Shown: positions 1 through 10,111 of the stretch, one piece after another
Numbering within the stretch: the stretch's first letter is position 1
How the letters are laid out: each line of letters begins with the position of its first letter
DNA from: Myxococcota bacterium
Lineage (GTDB): Bacteria > Myxococcota_A > UBA796 > CAJQPC01
NCBI GenBank assembly: GCA_036229005.1
Contig: JAZAMN010000027.1
Coordinates: 1-38,286, forward strand
Direction: 5' to 3'
Length of the DNA stretch: 38,286 bases
Notes under the pieces: model-generated
Told to the model about the DNA's origin: nothing
Databases searched by the model: none
What the model saw: the letters and a program-made list of their open reading frames with translations, nothing else
Translations under genes and position numbers: made by a program

Positions 1-1
1 G

Positions 2-517
2 GACGACGGCACCGAGTACTACACCGAGGGCACCGACCCCCTGGACAGCGACAGCGACGACGACGGCCTGAGCGACGGCGCCGAGGTCCTGGACGAGGGC
101 ACCGACCCCCTGGACACCGACACCGACGACGACGGCCTGGACGACGGCGCTGAGGTCCTGGAGTGGTCCTCCGACCCGCTGGACGAGGACAGCGACGACG
201 ACGGCCTGCTGGACGGCGCCGAGGTCAACGAGCACGGCTCGGATCCGGTCAACGTGGACTCCGATGGCGACGGCGTCGAAGACGGTGCCGAGGTCAACGA
301 GCACGGCACGGACCCCGCCAACCCCGACACGGACGCCGGCGGCATCGACGATGGCACTGAGATCCTCAACGGGAACGATCCTCTGGATGCGCTGGACGAC
401 ACCGGCCGCTACGCCGGTGGCTGGGGCTGCTCCACCCTTCCCCTAAACCCTGCTGGAGTCTGGCCCGTTCTGATCACCCTGCTGCTGGGCGGGGCTGTCC
501 TGCGACGTCGCCGCTGA
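2..517 (+). CDS. C-terminal part (5' end outside window) of a thrombospondin type 3/Ca-binding repeat surface protein with MYXO-CTERM-like anchor
   Basis: Frame open from base 2 with DSDDDGLSDGAE...GTDP repeats; ends GGWGCS-hydrophobic helix-RRRR. Confidence 0.85.
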   Translation, partial: DDGTEYYTEGTDPLDSDSDDDGLSDGAEVLDEGTDPLDTDTDDDGLDDGAEVLEWSSDPLDEDSDDDGLLDGAEVNEHGSDPVNVDSDGDGVEDGAEVNEHGTDPANPDTDAGGIDDGTEILNGNDPLDALDDTGRYAGGWGCSTLPLNPAGVWPVLITLLLGGAVLRRRR

Positions 518-543
518 GACCATAAGATTCTGGAGACAAGCTG

Positions 544-2328
544 ATGTTGTTGCTGATGATGAGCCTGGTGCAGGCTCAGGATTTCACCAATGGCCAGGTA
601 CCGGAGGGGCTCAATGGCCAGCTCTTCCGTCCGAGCCTGGACGCCAAGAACACCCTGTGGGTCAACGACTCCCTGCGTGCACCCAGCGGGTACACCTTCG
701 GGAAGGCGATGATCCACTACGCCAACGATCCCGTCGTGTACCTGCGCGATGACGGCGAGCGCATGGAGCTGGTCTCCGGCATCTGGCAGCTCGACGTGAT
801 GGCCGGCTACACCCGCGGCCCCGTCCGGCTGGGCGTGCAGGTCCCCGTGTACCTGCGCACCAACGGCTCCTCCGGCGGCGAGACCGGCCTGGGTGACCTC
901 GGCCTGGACGTCAAGGTGAGCGCCCTGGATCGCACCGAGAAGCCCGTTGGGTTGGCCTTTGCTGGTCGCGTCTTCGTCCCCACCGCCACGGTCACCGCCC
1001 CCCTGGGCAACGACGGCTTGGGCTGGGAGGTCGAGGCCATCGTGGACAAGGAGCTGAGCGAGAAGTGGCTGCTGGCCGCCAACGTCGGCACCCGCGGGGT
1101 CCCCACCGTCGAGCTCGAGAACCTGACCTGGGACGACCAGGTCTTCGTCCGCGCTGGCGCTGGCTACACCATCCGCCCCAATGACCTGGGCCTCAGCCTG
1201 GATCTGGCCTCCCACTTCACCTACGGCGAGTTCTCCAACCCCGCGGCGCGCCCCATCGAGGGCATCGTCGGTGGTTGGTACCGCTTGGCGGGCAACTGGG
1301 TCCTGCGCGGTGGCGTCGGAACGGGCCTGAACTCGGCGGTGGGCAGCCCCCGCTTCCGCCTCATGGCCGGCATCGGCTGGGAGCCTAGCTGGGGCCCCAT
1401 CGACACCGACAACGACGGCGTCATGGACGATGTCGACCAGTGCGTCACCGATCCCGAGGATCTGGACGGCGTGATGGACAGCGACGGCTGCCCCGAGGCC
1501 ACTCGCGTGACCGTGCTGGTGGTGGACGCTGACGGCAACGAGGTCCCCGGCGGCACCTGGAGCGGCGCGGGCAACTCCGGAGCTTCCGGCGACGTCATGG
1601 AGATCTTCGGCGGCAGCGCTGCGATCTCCGCCAAGGCCGAGGGCTTCCTGGACGGGGCGGTCACCGCCGATGTCCCGGACGCCGAGTCCTTCACCGTCTC
1701 CGTCCCCCTCACCCCGGCCATGATCCCCGGCACCCTGCTGGTCAAGGCCATGGATGAGGCGGGCAACACCGTCGAGGACGCCGTCTGGAAGCACCGCAAG
1801 CTGGCCCCCCAGGGCCAGGCTGCTGGCGAGAGCCTGGATGTCGAGCCCGGCGAGTACGTGATCACCGTCGAGGCCCCCGGCTACGGCACCCAGCGCGCCG
1901 AGGTCGTGGTGGTCAAGGAGTCGGTCGCCGAGGTCGTGCTCACCCTCAAGCCCGCCAAGGTGGAGCTGGAGGCGGAGCGCATCACGATCAAGGACTCGGT
2001 CTACTTCGAGACCAACAAGGCCATCATCAAGTCCGAGAGCCACGAGCTCCTGGACGAGGTCGCGGCCATCCTGATCGCGCACCCCGAGCTGACCAAGATC
2101 CGCATCGAGGGCCACACGGACTCCCGTGGCGCCGCCGACTACAACAAGGATCTCTCCCAGCGCCGCGCCGAGGCCGTCCAGGACTACCTGGTGTCCAAGG
2201 GCGTCGAGGCGGGCCGCCTGGAGGCCGTCGGATACGGCGAGGAGAAGCCCCTGGACGAGCGGAACAACGCCGCCGCCTGGGAGAAGAACCGCCGGGTCGA
2301 CTTCTTCGTCGCTGAGCGCAGCGACTGA
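544..2328 (+). CDS. OmpA-family outer membrane protein (N-terminal beta-barrel, short TSP3 repeat, Ig/PEGA-like domains, C-terminal OmpA domain)
   Basis: GGAG RBS; signal peptide; DTDNDGVMDDVDQC...DGCP repeat; OmpA motifs IEGHTD, LSQRRAEAV, GYGE, NRRVDF. Confidence 0.9.
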   Translation: MLLLMMSLVQAQDFTNGQVPEGLNGQLFRPSLDAKNTLWVNDSLRAPSGYTFGKAMIHYANDPVVYLRDDGERMELVSGIWQLDVMAGYTRGPVRLGVQVPVYLRTNGSSGGETGLGDLGLDVKVSALDRTEKPVGLAFAGRVFVPTATVTAPLGNDGLGWEVEAIVDKELSEKWLLAANVGTRGVPTVELENLTWDDQVFVRAGAGYTIRPNDLGLSLDLASHFTYGEFSNPAARPIEGIVGGWYRLAGNWVLRGGVGTGLNSAVGSPRFRLMAGIGWEPSWGPIDTDNDGVMDDVDQCVTDPEDLDGVMDSDGCPEATRVTVLVVDADGNEVPGGTWSGAGNSGASGDVMEIFGGSAAISAKAEGFLDGAVTADVPDAESFTVSVPLTPAMIPGTLLVKAMDEAGNTVEDAVWKHRKLAPQGQAAGESLDVEPGEYVITVEAPGYGTQRAEVVVVKESVAEVVLTLKPAKVELEAERITIKDSVYFETNKAIIKSESHELLDEVAAILIAHPELTKIRIEGHTDSRGAADYNKDLSQRRAEAVQDYLVSKGVEAGRLEAVGYGEEKPLDERNNAAAWEKNRRVDFFVAERSD

Positions 2329-2491
2329 TCTCTGCGCAGGGGGCCCTCTGGGGGTCCCCGCACGATCCATCTCAGCAGGCCGCCAGAAGTTCGTCTCCTG
2401 GCGGCCTCTTTGCTTGCGGGGGACCGCCGGTCAGGGCACTGTCCCCCAGCCGGCCAGAGAGATCTGGTCGCGACAGTTCTTGGAGACAGAC

Positions 2492-5400
2492 ATGCGTCGC
2501 TTGACCGCTCTACTCGGGGCCACTGGCCTCTTCGCCATGCCCGCCATCGCCAGCGCTGCCTGCGGCGACGGGACCATCGACTCCGGGGAGACCTGCGATG
2601 ACGGGAACACCACCGACGGCGATGGCTGCGACGCGAGCTGTGCCACGGAGGCCGGCTACGAGTGCACCGAGGCCACCTTCGAGCTGGACTTCGAGGAGAC
2701 CCTCTCCAGCAGCAGCTCCGGACCCGTCTGGACTCTGAGCAGCGACAAGCGGACGGTGAGCCAGAGCCGGAACTCCGCCGCGGGTGTCTACATGTCCTCG
2801 CTGCCCGCCAGCGGCGTGACCATCGAGATGGACATCGCGGTCAACACGACCTCGGATGACGACTTCAACGGCTTCGTGATCGGCTACGAGACCGGCGAGT
2901 GGAGCTCCTCCTCTGCGGAGTGGCTTCTTTTTGACTGGAAGCAGTACACCTCGGGTGGTGGCAGCGCGGGGACCGCCCTCAGCTACATCGACGGCCCCGT
3001 CACGGACTCCACGCTCTGGTCCCACAGCGGCAACGTCAACGAGATCACCCGCGGCAGCGCCTACGGCAGCACCGGGTGGCGCGACAACCAGTCCTACACG
3101 ATCTCGGTCACCTACACGACCAGCCAGATCGACATCTATGTCGACGGGACGCTGGACTTCTCCGTCGTCCCCGCAGACGCCGGGCTGAGCTCCTTCCCCA
3201 CAGGCAACTTTGGCTTCTACACCCTCTCCCAGGCCTACAACGAGTTCAGCCTGGTGTCTCCGGATGAGGGCCTGAGCGTCTGCGCCGAGCTGGACAGCGA
3301 CGGCGACGGCCTGACCGACCCGGTCGAGATCGCCGCTGGCCTGGACGAGACCTCCACGGACACCGACGGCGACGGCATCGACGACCTCAGCGAGTACGGC
3401 GACCCCACCGGCTCGGGCACCGACACGGACAGCGACGGGGTCATCGACGCGGCCGACAGCGACGACGACGGCGACGGCATCGACACCGTCGACGAGATCT
3501 ACGGCACCGTGACCGCTCCGGAGGACCAGGACAGCGACGGTGACGGCACGCCCGACTACCTGGACGTGGATGACGACGGCGACGGAGTCAACACCGAGGA
3601 CGAGGTCTACGGCTCGACCACCGACCCCGCCACCCAGGACACCGACGGCGACGGCACCGCCGACTACCTGGACACCGACGACGACGGCGACGGCATCCTC
3701 AGCGCTGACGAGGTCTACGGCTCCGAGACCGACCCGGCCGCCCAGGACAGCGACAGCGACGGCGTCCCGGACATGGTGGACAGCGACGATGACGGCGACG
3801 GGGTGCTCACCTCCCTCGAAGACGTCGACGGCGACGGCGACCCCACCAACGATGACAGCGACGGCGACGGCACCTACGATTACCTCGACCTCGACGATGA
3901 TGGCGATGGTGTGGCCACGTCCGACGAGGACACCGGTGGAGACGGTGATCCCACCAATGACGACACGGACGGTGACCTCCTCCCCGACTACCTGGACAGC
4001 GACGACGACGGCGACGGCATCGGCACCGCAGACGAGGTTTATGGCTCGGTGACCGATCCGGCGGATCAGGACAGCGACAGCGACGGCATCGCCGACTACC
4101 TGGACAGCGACGACGACGGCGACGGCATCGCCACCAGCGCTGAGGACCTGAACGGCGACGGCGACCCGGGCAGCGACGATAGCGACAGCGACGGCACCGC
4201 CAACTACCTGGACAGCGACGACGACGGCGACGGCGTGGGCACCGCGGACGAGGACGTCGACGGCGACGGCGACTCCACCGACGACGACACGGACGGTGAC
4301 GGCATCGTCGACTACCTGGACGTGGACGACGACGGCGACGGCGTGAACACCGCGGACGAGGCCTACGGCTCGGTGACGGACCCGGCGGCCCAGGACAGCG
4401 ACAGCGACGGCACCGCCGACTACCTGGACACGGACGACGACGGGGACGGCATCGCCACCTCGGCCGAGGTCTACGGCGGCGTCACGGACCCCGCGTCCCA
4501 GGACTCCGACGGCGACGGCGTGGCCGACTACCTGGACACCGACGATGACGGCGACGGCATCGCCACCAGCGACGAGGACCTGGACGGCGACGGCGACCCA
4601 AGCGACGACGACAGCGACGGCGACGGGATCCCCAACAGCATCGACAGCGACGACGACGGCGACGGCGTGGCCACCGCGGACGAGGACATCGACGGTGACG
4701 GCGACTGGAGCTCCGACGACGCGGACGGCGACGGCATCCCCAACTACATCGACGCCGACGATGACGGGGACGGCGTAGCCACCGTGGACGAGGACCTGGA
4801 TGGCGACGGCGACTCCAGCGACGACGACACCGACGGCGACGGCACCCCCGACTACCTGGACAGCGACGACGACGGCGACGGCGTGCCCACCGCCGATGAG
4901 GACGGCGACGGCGACGGCGACCCCACCAGCGACGACAGCGACAGCGACGGCGTGGCCGACTACCTGGACAGCGACGACGACGGTGACGGCGTGCCCACCG
5001 CGGACGAGGTGTACGACGGCGAGACCGACCCCGTCGCGCAGGACTCCGACTCGGACGGCGTGGCCGACTACCTGGACAGCGACGACGACGGAGACGGCAT
5101 CGCCACCTCGGATGAGGACAGGGACGAGGACGGGGACCCGACCAACGACGACACCGATGGGGACACCACCCCGGACTACCTGGATGTCGATGACGACGGA
5201 GACGGCGTCGCGACCGCAGACGAGGACATCGACGGCGACGGCGACTCCAGCGACGACGACACGGACGGAGACGGCACCGCCGACTACCTGGACAGCGACG
5301 ACGACGGCGACGGCGTCGACACCGCGGACGAGGTCTACGGCTCGGTGACCGATCCCGAGGACCAGGACACCGACGGCGACGGCACGCCCGACTACCTGGA

Positions 5401-6862
5401 CAGCGACGACGACGGCGACGGCATCGCGACCACCGATGAGGACCTCGACGGCGACGGCGATCCCACCAGCGACGACTCCGACAGCGACGGCACCCCCGAC
5501 TACATCGACGCGGACGATGACGGCGACGGCATCGACACCGCGGACGAGGGCACCGACGGCGACGGCGACCCCCTCAACGACGACACCGACGGCGACGGCA
5601 TCCCGGACTACCTGGACAGCGACTCCGACGGTGACGGCGTGGACGACGCGGACGAGCTCACCGGCGGGACCGATCCCTTCGACGACGACTCCGACGGCGA
5701 CGGCCTCAGCGATGGCGAGGAGCTCGAGCTCGGCCTGGACCCCAACGACGCCTACGGTGACGCCGACGGCGATGGCCTCAGCGACTCGGACGAGGTCAGC
5801 ATCCACGGCACCGACCCCAACGTGGCTGACAGCGACGGCGACGGCCTGGGCGACGGCGACGAGGTCAACACCCACGCCACCGACCCCCTGGACGCCGACT
5901 CCGACCAAGACGGCCTGGACGACTACGAAGAGGTGGTCGACCACGGCACCGATCCGAACTCCGCGGACACGGACGAGGACGGGCTCAGCGACCTGGACGA
6001 GGTCGAGATCCACACCACGGACCCCACCGTGGCCGACACCGACAGCGACGGGCTGGACGACGGCGAGGAGGTCGAGGACTTCTTCACCGACCCCCTGGAC
6101 GAGGACACCGACGACGACGGCCTGCTGGACGGTCGCGAGATCGACGAGACCGGCACCGACCCCCTGGATGAGGACTCCGACGACGGCGGCCGCAGCGACG
6201 GGGAAGAGGTGGACATCGATGACACCGATCCCAACGACACCGCCGACGATCTCAGCGATCGCGACGACGACGGCGTGACCGACTGGGCCGAGGAGAACGA
6301 GACCTTCACCGACCCCGACGACGCGGACTCCGACGACGACGGCCTGCTGGACGGCGAGGAGGTCTACACCGCAGGCACCGACCCCAACGACTCCGACAGC
6401 GACGACGACGGCCTGCTGGACGGCGAGGAGCTCCAGGAGTGGGGCACCGACCCGCTGGTCGCCGACACCGACGAGGACGGCCTGGACGACGGCGCCGAGG
6501 TGCTGGATTGGGGCTCCGATCCCCTGGTCCAGGACACGGACGAGGATGGGCTGCTGGATGGCGCTGAGGTCTACGACCACAACTCCGATCCCACCTTGGC
6601 GGACACCGACTCGGACGGGCTGGATGATGGCGTCGAGGTCAACGAGTGGGGGACCGACCCCGCTGATCCCGACACCGACGACGGCGGCATCTCCGACGGC
6701 GACGAGGTCGAGCGCGGCACCGATCCCCTGGTGTCCAGCGACGACGTCGGCCACTACGGCGGCGGCTGGAGCTGCTCGACCACCTCGGGCGTCGGTGGGC
6801 TGCTGCCCGCCCTGCTCGGTGTGCTCCTGGGTGGCCTTGTCCTGAGGCGTCGGGAGGACTAA
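2492..6862 (+). CDS. Large secreted adhesin-like protein: myxobacterial Cys-rich repeat, thrombospondin C-terminal-like lectin domain, long TSP3 Ca-binding repeat array, MYXO-CTERM-like anchor
   Basis: ATG at 2492 after GGAG; signal MRRLTALLG; CGDG...CDDGN...DGCDASC; DDDFNGFVIGY and WKQ motifs; dozens of DxDxDG repeats; GGWSCST-TM-RRR tail. Confidence 0.85.
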   Translation: MRRLTALLGATGLFAMPAIASAACGDGTIDSGETCDDGNTTDGDGCDASCATEAGYECTEATFELDFEETLSSSSSGPVWTLSSDKRTVSQSRNSAAGVYMSSLPASGVTIEMDIAVNTTSDDDFNGFVIGYETGEWSSSSAEWLLFDWKQYTSGGGSAGTALSYIDGPVTDSTLWSHSGNVNEITRGSAYGSTGWRDNQSYTISVTYTTSQIDIYVDGTLDFSVVPADAGLSSFPTGNFGFYTLSQAYNEFSLVSPDEGLSVCAELDSDGDGLTDPVEIAAGLDETSTDTDGDGIDDLSEYGDPTGSGTDTDSDGVIDAADSDDDGDGIDTVDEIYGTVTAPEDQDSDGDGTPDYLDVDDDGDGVNTEDEVYGSTTDPATQDTDGDGTADYLDTDDDGDGILSADEVYGSETDPAAQDSDSDGVPDMVDSDDDGDGVLTSLEDVDGDGDPTNDDSDGDGTYDYLDLDDDGDGVATSDEDTGGDGDPTNDDTDGDLLPDYLDSDDDGDGIGTADEVYGSVTDPADQDSDSDGIADYLDSDDDGDGIATSAEDLNGDGDPGSDDSDSDGTANYLDSDDDGDGVGTADEDVDGDGDSTDDDTDGDGIVDYLDVDDDGDGVNTADEAYGSVTDPAAQDSDSDGTADYLDTDDDGDGIATSAEVYGGVTDPASQDSDGDGVADYLDTDDDGDGIATSDEDLDGDGDPSDDDSDGDGIPNSIDSDDDGDGVATADEDIDGDGDWSSDDADGDGIPNYIDADDDGDGVATVDEDLDGDGDSSDDDTDGDGTPDYLDSDDDGDGVPTADEDGDGDGDPTSDDSDSDGVADYLDSDDDGDGVPTADEVYDGETDPVAQDSDSDGVADYLDSDDDGDGIATSDEDRDEDGDPTNDDTDGDTTPDYLDVDDDGDGVATADEDIDGDGDSSDDDTDGDGTADYLDSDDDGDGVDTADEVYGSVTDPEDQDTDGDGTPDYLDSDDDGDGIATTDEDLDGDGDPTSDDSDSDGTPDYIDADDDGDGIDTADEGTDGDGDPLNDDTDGDGIPDYLDSDSDGDGVDDADELTGGTDPFDDDSDGDGLSDGEELELGLDPNDAYGDADGDGLSDSDEVSIHGTDPNVADSDGDGLGDGDEVNTHATDPLDADSDQDGLDDYEEVVDHGTDPNSADTDEDGLSDLDEVEIHTTDPTVADTDSDGLDDGEEVEDFFTDPLDEDTDDDGLLDGREIDETGTDPLDEDSDDGGRSDGEEVDIDDTDPNDTADDLSDRDDDGVTDWAEENETFTDPDDADSDDDGLLDGEEVYTAGTDPNDSDSDDDGLLDGEELQEWGTDPLVADTDEDGLDDGAEVLDWGSDPLVQDTDEDGLLDGAEVYDHNSDPTLADTDSDGLDDGVEVNEWGTDPADPDTDDGGISDGDEVERGTDPLVSSDDVGHYGGGWSCSTTSGVGGLLPALLGVLLGGLVLRRRED

Positions 6863-6871
6863 ACCCGGCCG

Positions 6872-7303
6872 ATGCACTGGTACATCATCGCCTTGGTCGT
6901 GGGCTTCTGCGTCGCGCTGCAGCCCACCGTGAACGCCGCCCTCCGAAATGAGGTGGGCGTCGCTCCGGTCTTGATCCTGGGCAGCGTGCTGGTGCTGATC
7001 GGGTCCATCGTGGTCGGGCTGCTCTGGCCCGAGCAGGCCCGCTGGGACAAGCTGGGCTCCGTGCGCCCGGACCTTTGGCTGGGCGCCATCTACGGCTTGA
7101 CCATCATCCTGGGCGGCATGCTGGCGGTCCCCAAGCTGGGGGCCGCGCCCGCTCTGGGGCTCATCCTGGTCGGGCAGCTCAGCTTCGGCCTGCTGATCGA
7201 CCACTTTGGGCTCTACGGCGTGCCGCGCACCCCCATCAGCGCCAGCCGCGTGCTCGGTGTGCTCGCGGTGTTGGGCGGCTTCCTGCTGATCCGGAGGGGC
7301 TGA
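6872..7303 (+). CDS. DMT family transporter (YdcZ/DUF606-like)
   Basis: 143 aa hydrophobic protein; LQPTVNAAL and GQL...LLIDHFGLYG motifs. Confidence 0.85.
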   Translation: MHWYIIALVVGFCVALQPTVNAALRNEVGVAPVLILGSVLVLIGSIVVGLLWPEQARWDKLGSVRPDLWLGAIYGLTIILGGMLAVPKLGAAPALGLILVGQLSFGLLIDHFGLYGVPRTPISASRVLGVLAVLGGFLLIRRG

Positions 7304-7305
7304 GC

Positions 7306-8430
7306 GTGGACAACCTGCTGATCCAAGGCGACAACCTGCTCGCGCTGCGGGCCCTGGAGCCCAAGCTGCGGGAGCGCTTCCGCTGCGTCTACATGGACCC
7401 GCCCTACAACACGGGCGACAGCAAGGGCCAGGGTGACTTCGTCTATGCCGACAAGCGCAAGGATTACCTGGGCTTCATCCGGTCCAGGGTTGAGGCTCTT
7501 CAGCCTCTGCTGCGCCCTGACGGCCACCTCTTCATCCAACTCGACGACAACGAGCTGGACTACGTGAAGGTCGCGCTGGACGAGGTGATGGGGCGGGAGC
7601 AGTTCATCGCCCGGATCACCATCGACGCGCGGGCGCCGTCGGCCTTCTCGACGGTCAACAAGGGCCTCTTCAAGGCCAGCGAGTACCTGCTCTGGTACTG
7701 CCGCGACCGCAGCGCGTTCCGGGCCAACAGCGTGCGGGTGCCTCGGGCCCCGGATCCCGCCTACCGCATGTGGCTACAGAACCCCCAGGCCCCCCCGGTG
7801 GATTGGCGCTTTGGCCGGCTGCGGGACGCTTGTCCCCAGGGGCGTAGCCTGGAGGACTTCCAGGTGAACAACGCCGAGCGGGTCGCGCGCCTGGCCAGCA
7901 TCTCCGACAAGAAGGCGGGCAAGGCCACCGTCGCCGCCAAGCGCGCCTCCAAGGCCGATCCAGAGCGGGTGTTGGTCGTCGAGCGCCCCGGTCGCGAGCC
8001 CCAGTACCTGCTGCGGGGTCAGCAGATCCTGTTCTACGGAAAGCAGGTGCAGGTGATCGACGGCGTGCGCTGCGCGTCCCGGCCGCTGACCAACGTCTGG
8101 ACCGACATCGCCTGGGAGGGCATCGCGCGGGAGGGCGGCGTGCGCCTCAAGCAGGGCAAGAAGCCCGAGCGGCTGCTGCGTCGGGTGCTGCAGCTCGCTA
8201 CCGACCCTGGGGACTGGGTGCTGGACCCCTTCTTGGGATCGGGGACCACCGCGGCGGTCGCCCACAAGATGGGTCGGCAGTGGGTGGGGATCGAGCGAGG
8301 CCCCGCGTTCGGGCTCGCCAAGGAGCGCCTGGAGCGCGTCGTGTCGGGAGAGGACAGCTCCGGAGTGAGCGGCCTCTGCGCCTGGAAGGGTGGGGGCGCG
8401 TTCCAGACCCTGCAGGACCCGGGCGCCTGA
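7306..8430 (+). CDS. Site-specific DNA methyltransferase, beta class (type III Mod-like), no Res partner in window
   Basis: GTG start; NLLIQGDNLLAL, catalytic DPPY, then KPERLL and LDPFLGSGTTAAVAHKMGR; WKGGG tail. Confidence 0.88.
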   Translation: MDNLLIQGDNLLALRALEPKLRERFRCVYMDPPYNTGDSKGQGDFVYADKRKDYLGFIRSRVEALQPLLRPDGHLFIQLDDNELDYVKVALDEVMGREQFIARITIDARAPSAFSTVNKGLFKASEYLLWYCRDRSAFRANSVRVPRAPDPAYRMWLQNPQAPPVDWRFGRLRDACPQGRSLEDFQVNNAERVARLASISDKKAGKATVAAKRASKADPERVLVVERPGREPQYLLRGQQILFYGKQVQVIDGVRCASRPLTNVWTDIAWEGIAREGGVRLKQGKKPERLLRRVLQLATDPGDWVLDPFLGSGTTAAVAHKMGRQWVGIERGPAFGLAKERLERVVSGEDSSGVSGLCAWKGGGAFQTLQDPGA

Positions 8431-8460
8431 TCCGATCCCCGGGGCACAACGGAGCGCCCC

Positions 8461-9093
8461 ATGGCCACCAACACCGCCCTCGCCCTTCCCGAAGAGGACA
8501 TGGGCATCGTCGACCTGCTGGACCCGGAGGTCGAGTACACGCCGCCGCCGGAGCCGCCTGCACCCCGCCTGGAGGTGATCGTCAACGACAACCCCAGGGT
8601 GCGCGGGGGCTACGGGAAGCTGCGCGAGGTGGATCTGCGCATCTACGACGGGGACCCCACCGCCGGGCTCCTGGAGGAGTCCTCCTCCTGGGCAGACGCG
8701 ACCATCAGCGAGGACACGCTGGACCAGGAGGGCGTGCTGGTGGACGGCGCCGATGGCGCCTTGCCCGAGGCCCACGGCCCCCGGGATCTGGAGGAGCACC
8801 AGCAGGCGGTCGCCGGCCACCCTCAGGACGCACTGCAGGCCTACTTCCTGGAGGGGATCCCCCGGGAGGAGCTGGACGCTGCCGCCGTGGCCGCTGCCGC
8901 GATCCTCAAGACCCGGCACGAGCTCTTCCTGCTGGAGTCCCAGCGCTGGGTGCCCGAGTCGCTGGGGACCTTCCGGGAGAGCAGCCTGGGGACCCTGCTG
9001 GGGGCCATGCCTCCCGCGGAGCTGACGAACCTCTACGGTGCCTGGCGGGCCGCGATGCGCAGCCTGTCCGAGTACTTCGACTCGGCCGACTGA
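8461..9093 (+). CDS. Hypothetical acidic protein
   Basis: GGAG RBS, host-like codon usage, fills the intergenic gap; no family recognised. Confidence 0.7.
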   Translation: MATNTALALPEEDMGIVDLLDPEVEYTPPPEPPAPRLEVIVNDNPRVRGGYGKLREVDLRIYDGDPTAGLLEESSSWADATISEDTLDQEGVLVDGADGALPEAHGPRDLEEHQQAVAGHPQDALQAYFLEGIPREELDAAAVAAAAILKTRHELFLLESQRWVPESLGTFRESSLGTLLGAMPPAELTNLYGAWRAAMRSLSEYFDSAD

Positions 9094-9132
9094 GCGCGGC
9101 GGCAGCCACGCTCACACAGGGGGGGGCCAATC

Positions 9133-9987
9133 TCAGCCGCGAGCGCTCGCGCGGGCCTCGCTCACGACCGCGCGGGCCTCATCCAGCCACAGCGCCATGT
9201 CCGGTCCGTCCATGTTGGCCTGGAGCTCGGAGATCCGCTCCAGCCAAGGCTGCTGGCGCTCTGGCGGCGGGTCCAGCATCACGAGCTCCGCGGTCGCGGA
9301 CGCGGTGGCGATCACGCGGGACATGTGTCCGGTGGAGACGCGCTCACAGCGGATCGAGGGGTCCGGGGCTGCGTGCCCGATGCAGATCTCGGCCAGCTCT
9401 TCGGGCAGCCCCCACTCCCAGGCCAGCCAGGCGCCCAGGCGGCCCTCGGCTTCGGCGCCCTGGGCCTCTTCGGCTTGGGCGAAGGGGACGGGGTTGCCGA
9501 GCTGGTATTCCCAGATCGAGGCGGCCATCTTGGGGTCCATCCGCCAACGGATGAGCTGGCCGCTGGCGTGCATCATGCCGGCGAAGCGCGCCCAGCCAAG
9601 GGGTTGGGTGGCGAGCTGCCGGCGGGAGAGGCTCGCGGCCCGGTTCGCCGTCGCCATCGAGTGGGTCGCCCACTGCTTGAGGGCCGCTGTGGGGATCGGG
9701 CCTGCGCAGTTCATGACCGACAGAGCCAGGACCATGTGGCGCACCTCGGCCAAGCCCATGAGTGCAACCGCGTACATCACGCTCTTTACGGGCCGCCCAG
9801 CCGAAACCAGGGGGCTGTTCGCCATGCGAACCAGGCGGGCTGACAGAGCCGGGTCAGTCTCAATGATGGCGCTCACTTCCCGCAAGGAGATATCTGGATT
9901 TGCAAGCGCTTCATTGAGCTTCGCCGCGACATGGGGGAGTCGCGGCAGCTCGGTGAGCACATCTTCGCGTTGTTTTGCCAAGCTCAC
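9133..9987 (-). CDS. HDOD domain protein
   Basis: LPRLP, IIETDPALSARLVRMANS, AVALMG; HD site degenerate (GMMHASG). Confidence 0.88.
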   Translation of the reverse strand: MSLAKQREDVLTELPRLPHVAAKLNEALANPDISLREVSAIIETDPALSARLVRMANSPLVSAGRPVKSVMYAVALMGLAEVRHMVLALSVMNCAGPIPTAALKQWATHSMATANRAASLSRRQLATQPLGWARFAGMMHASGQLIRWRMDPKMAASIWEYQLGNPVPFAQAEEAQGAEAEGRLGAWLAWEWGLPEELAEICIGHAAPDPSIRCERVSTGHMSRVIATASATAELVMLDPPPERQQPWLERISELQANMDGPDMALWLDEARAVVSEARASARG

Positions 9988-10111
9988 GACAGGCTCCAGT
10001 TGACTGGATCATCGGAACTGAACTCAAGAACCTGAGCAAAGTCCCCGTCCTGTTATGCAGCGCGGAGCAGACGCCTGTCGCAAACTCGCCTTTCCTGGAG
10101 GGCCCCCCAAG

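Noticed and set aside
2126..2491. N-terminal extension of the 1578-aa ORF (likewise upstream starts at 7075, 10746, 23286, 30274, 35551)
   Set aside because: Downstream starts have an RBS, signal peptide or family N-terminal motif; several extensions overlap other genes
2510..7204. 1564-aa antisense ORF and similar long ORFs (409-2370, 10695-13067, 14528-16477, 23316-25730, 34159-36645)
   Set aside because: Shadow frames of high-GC3 genes; Val/Ala-biased with no motifs
7306..8430. Complete type III restriction-modification system
   Set aside because: No Res helicase gene adjacent
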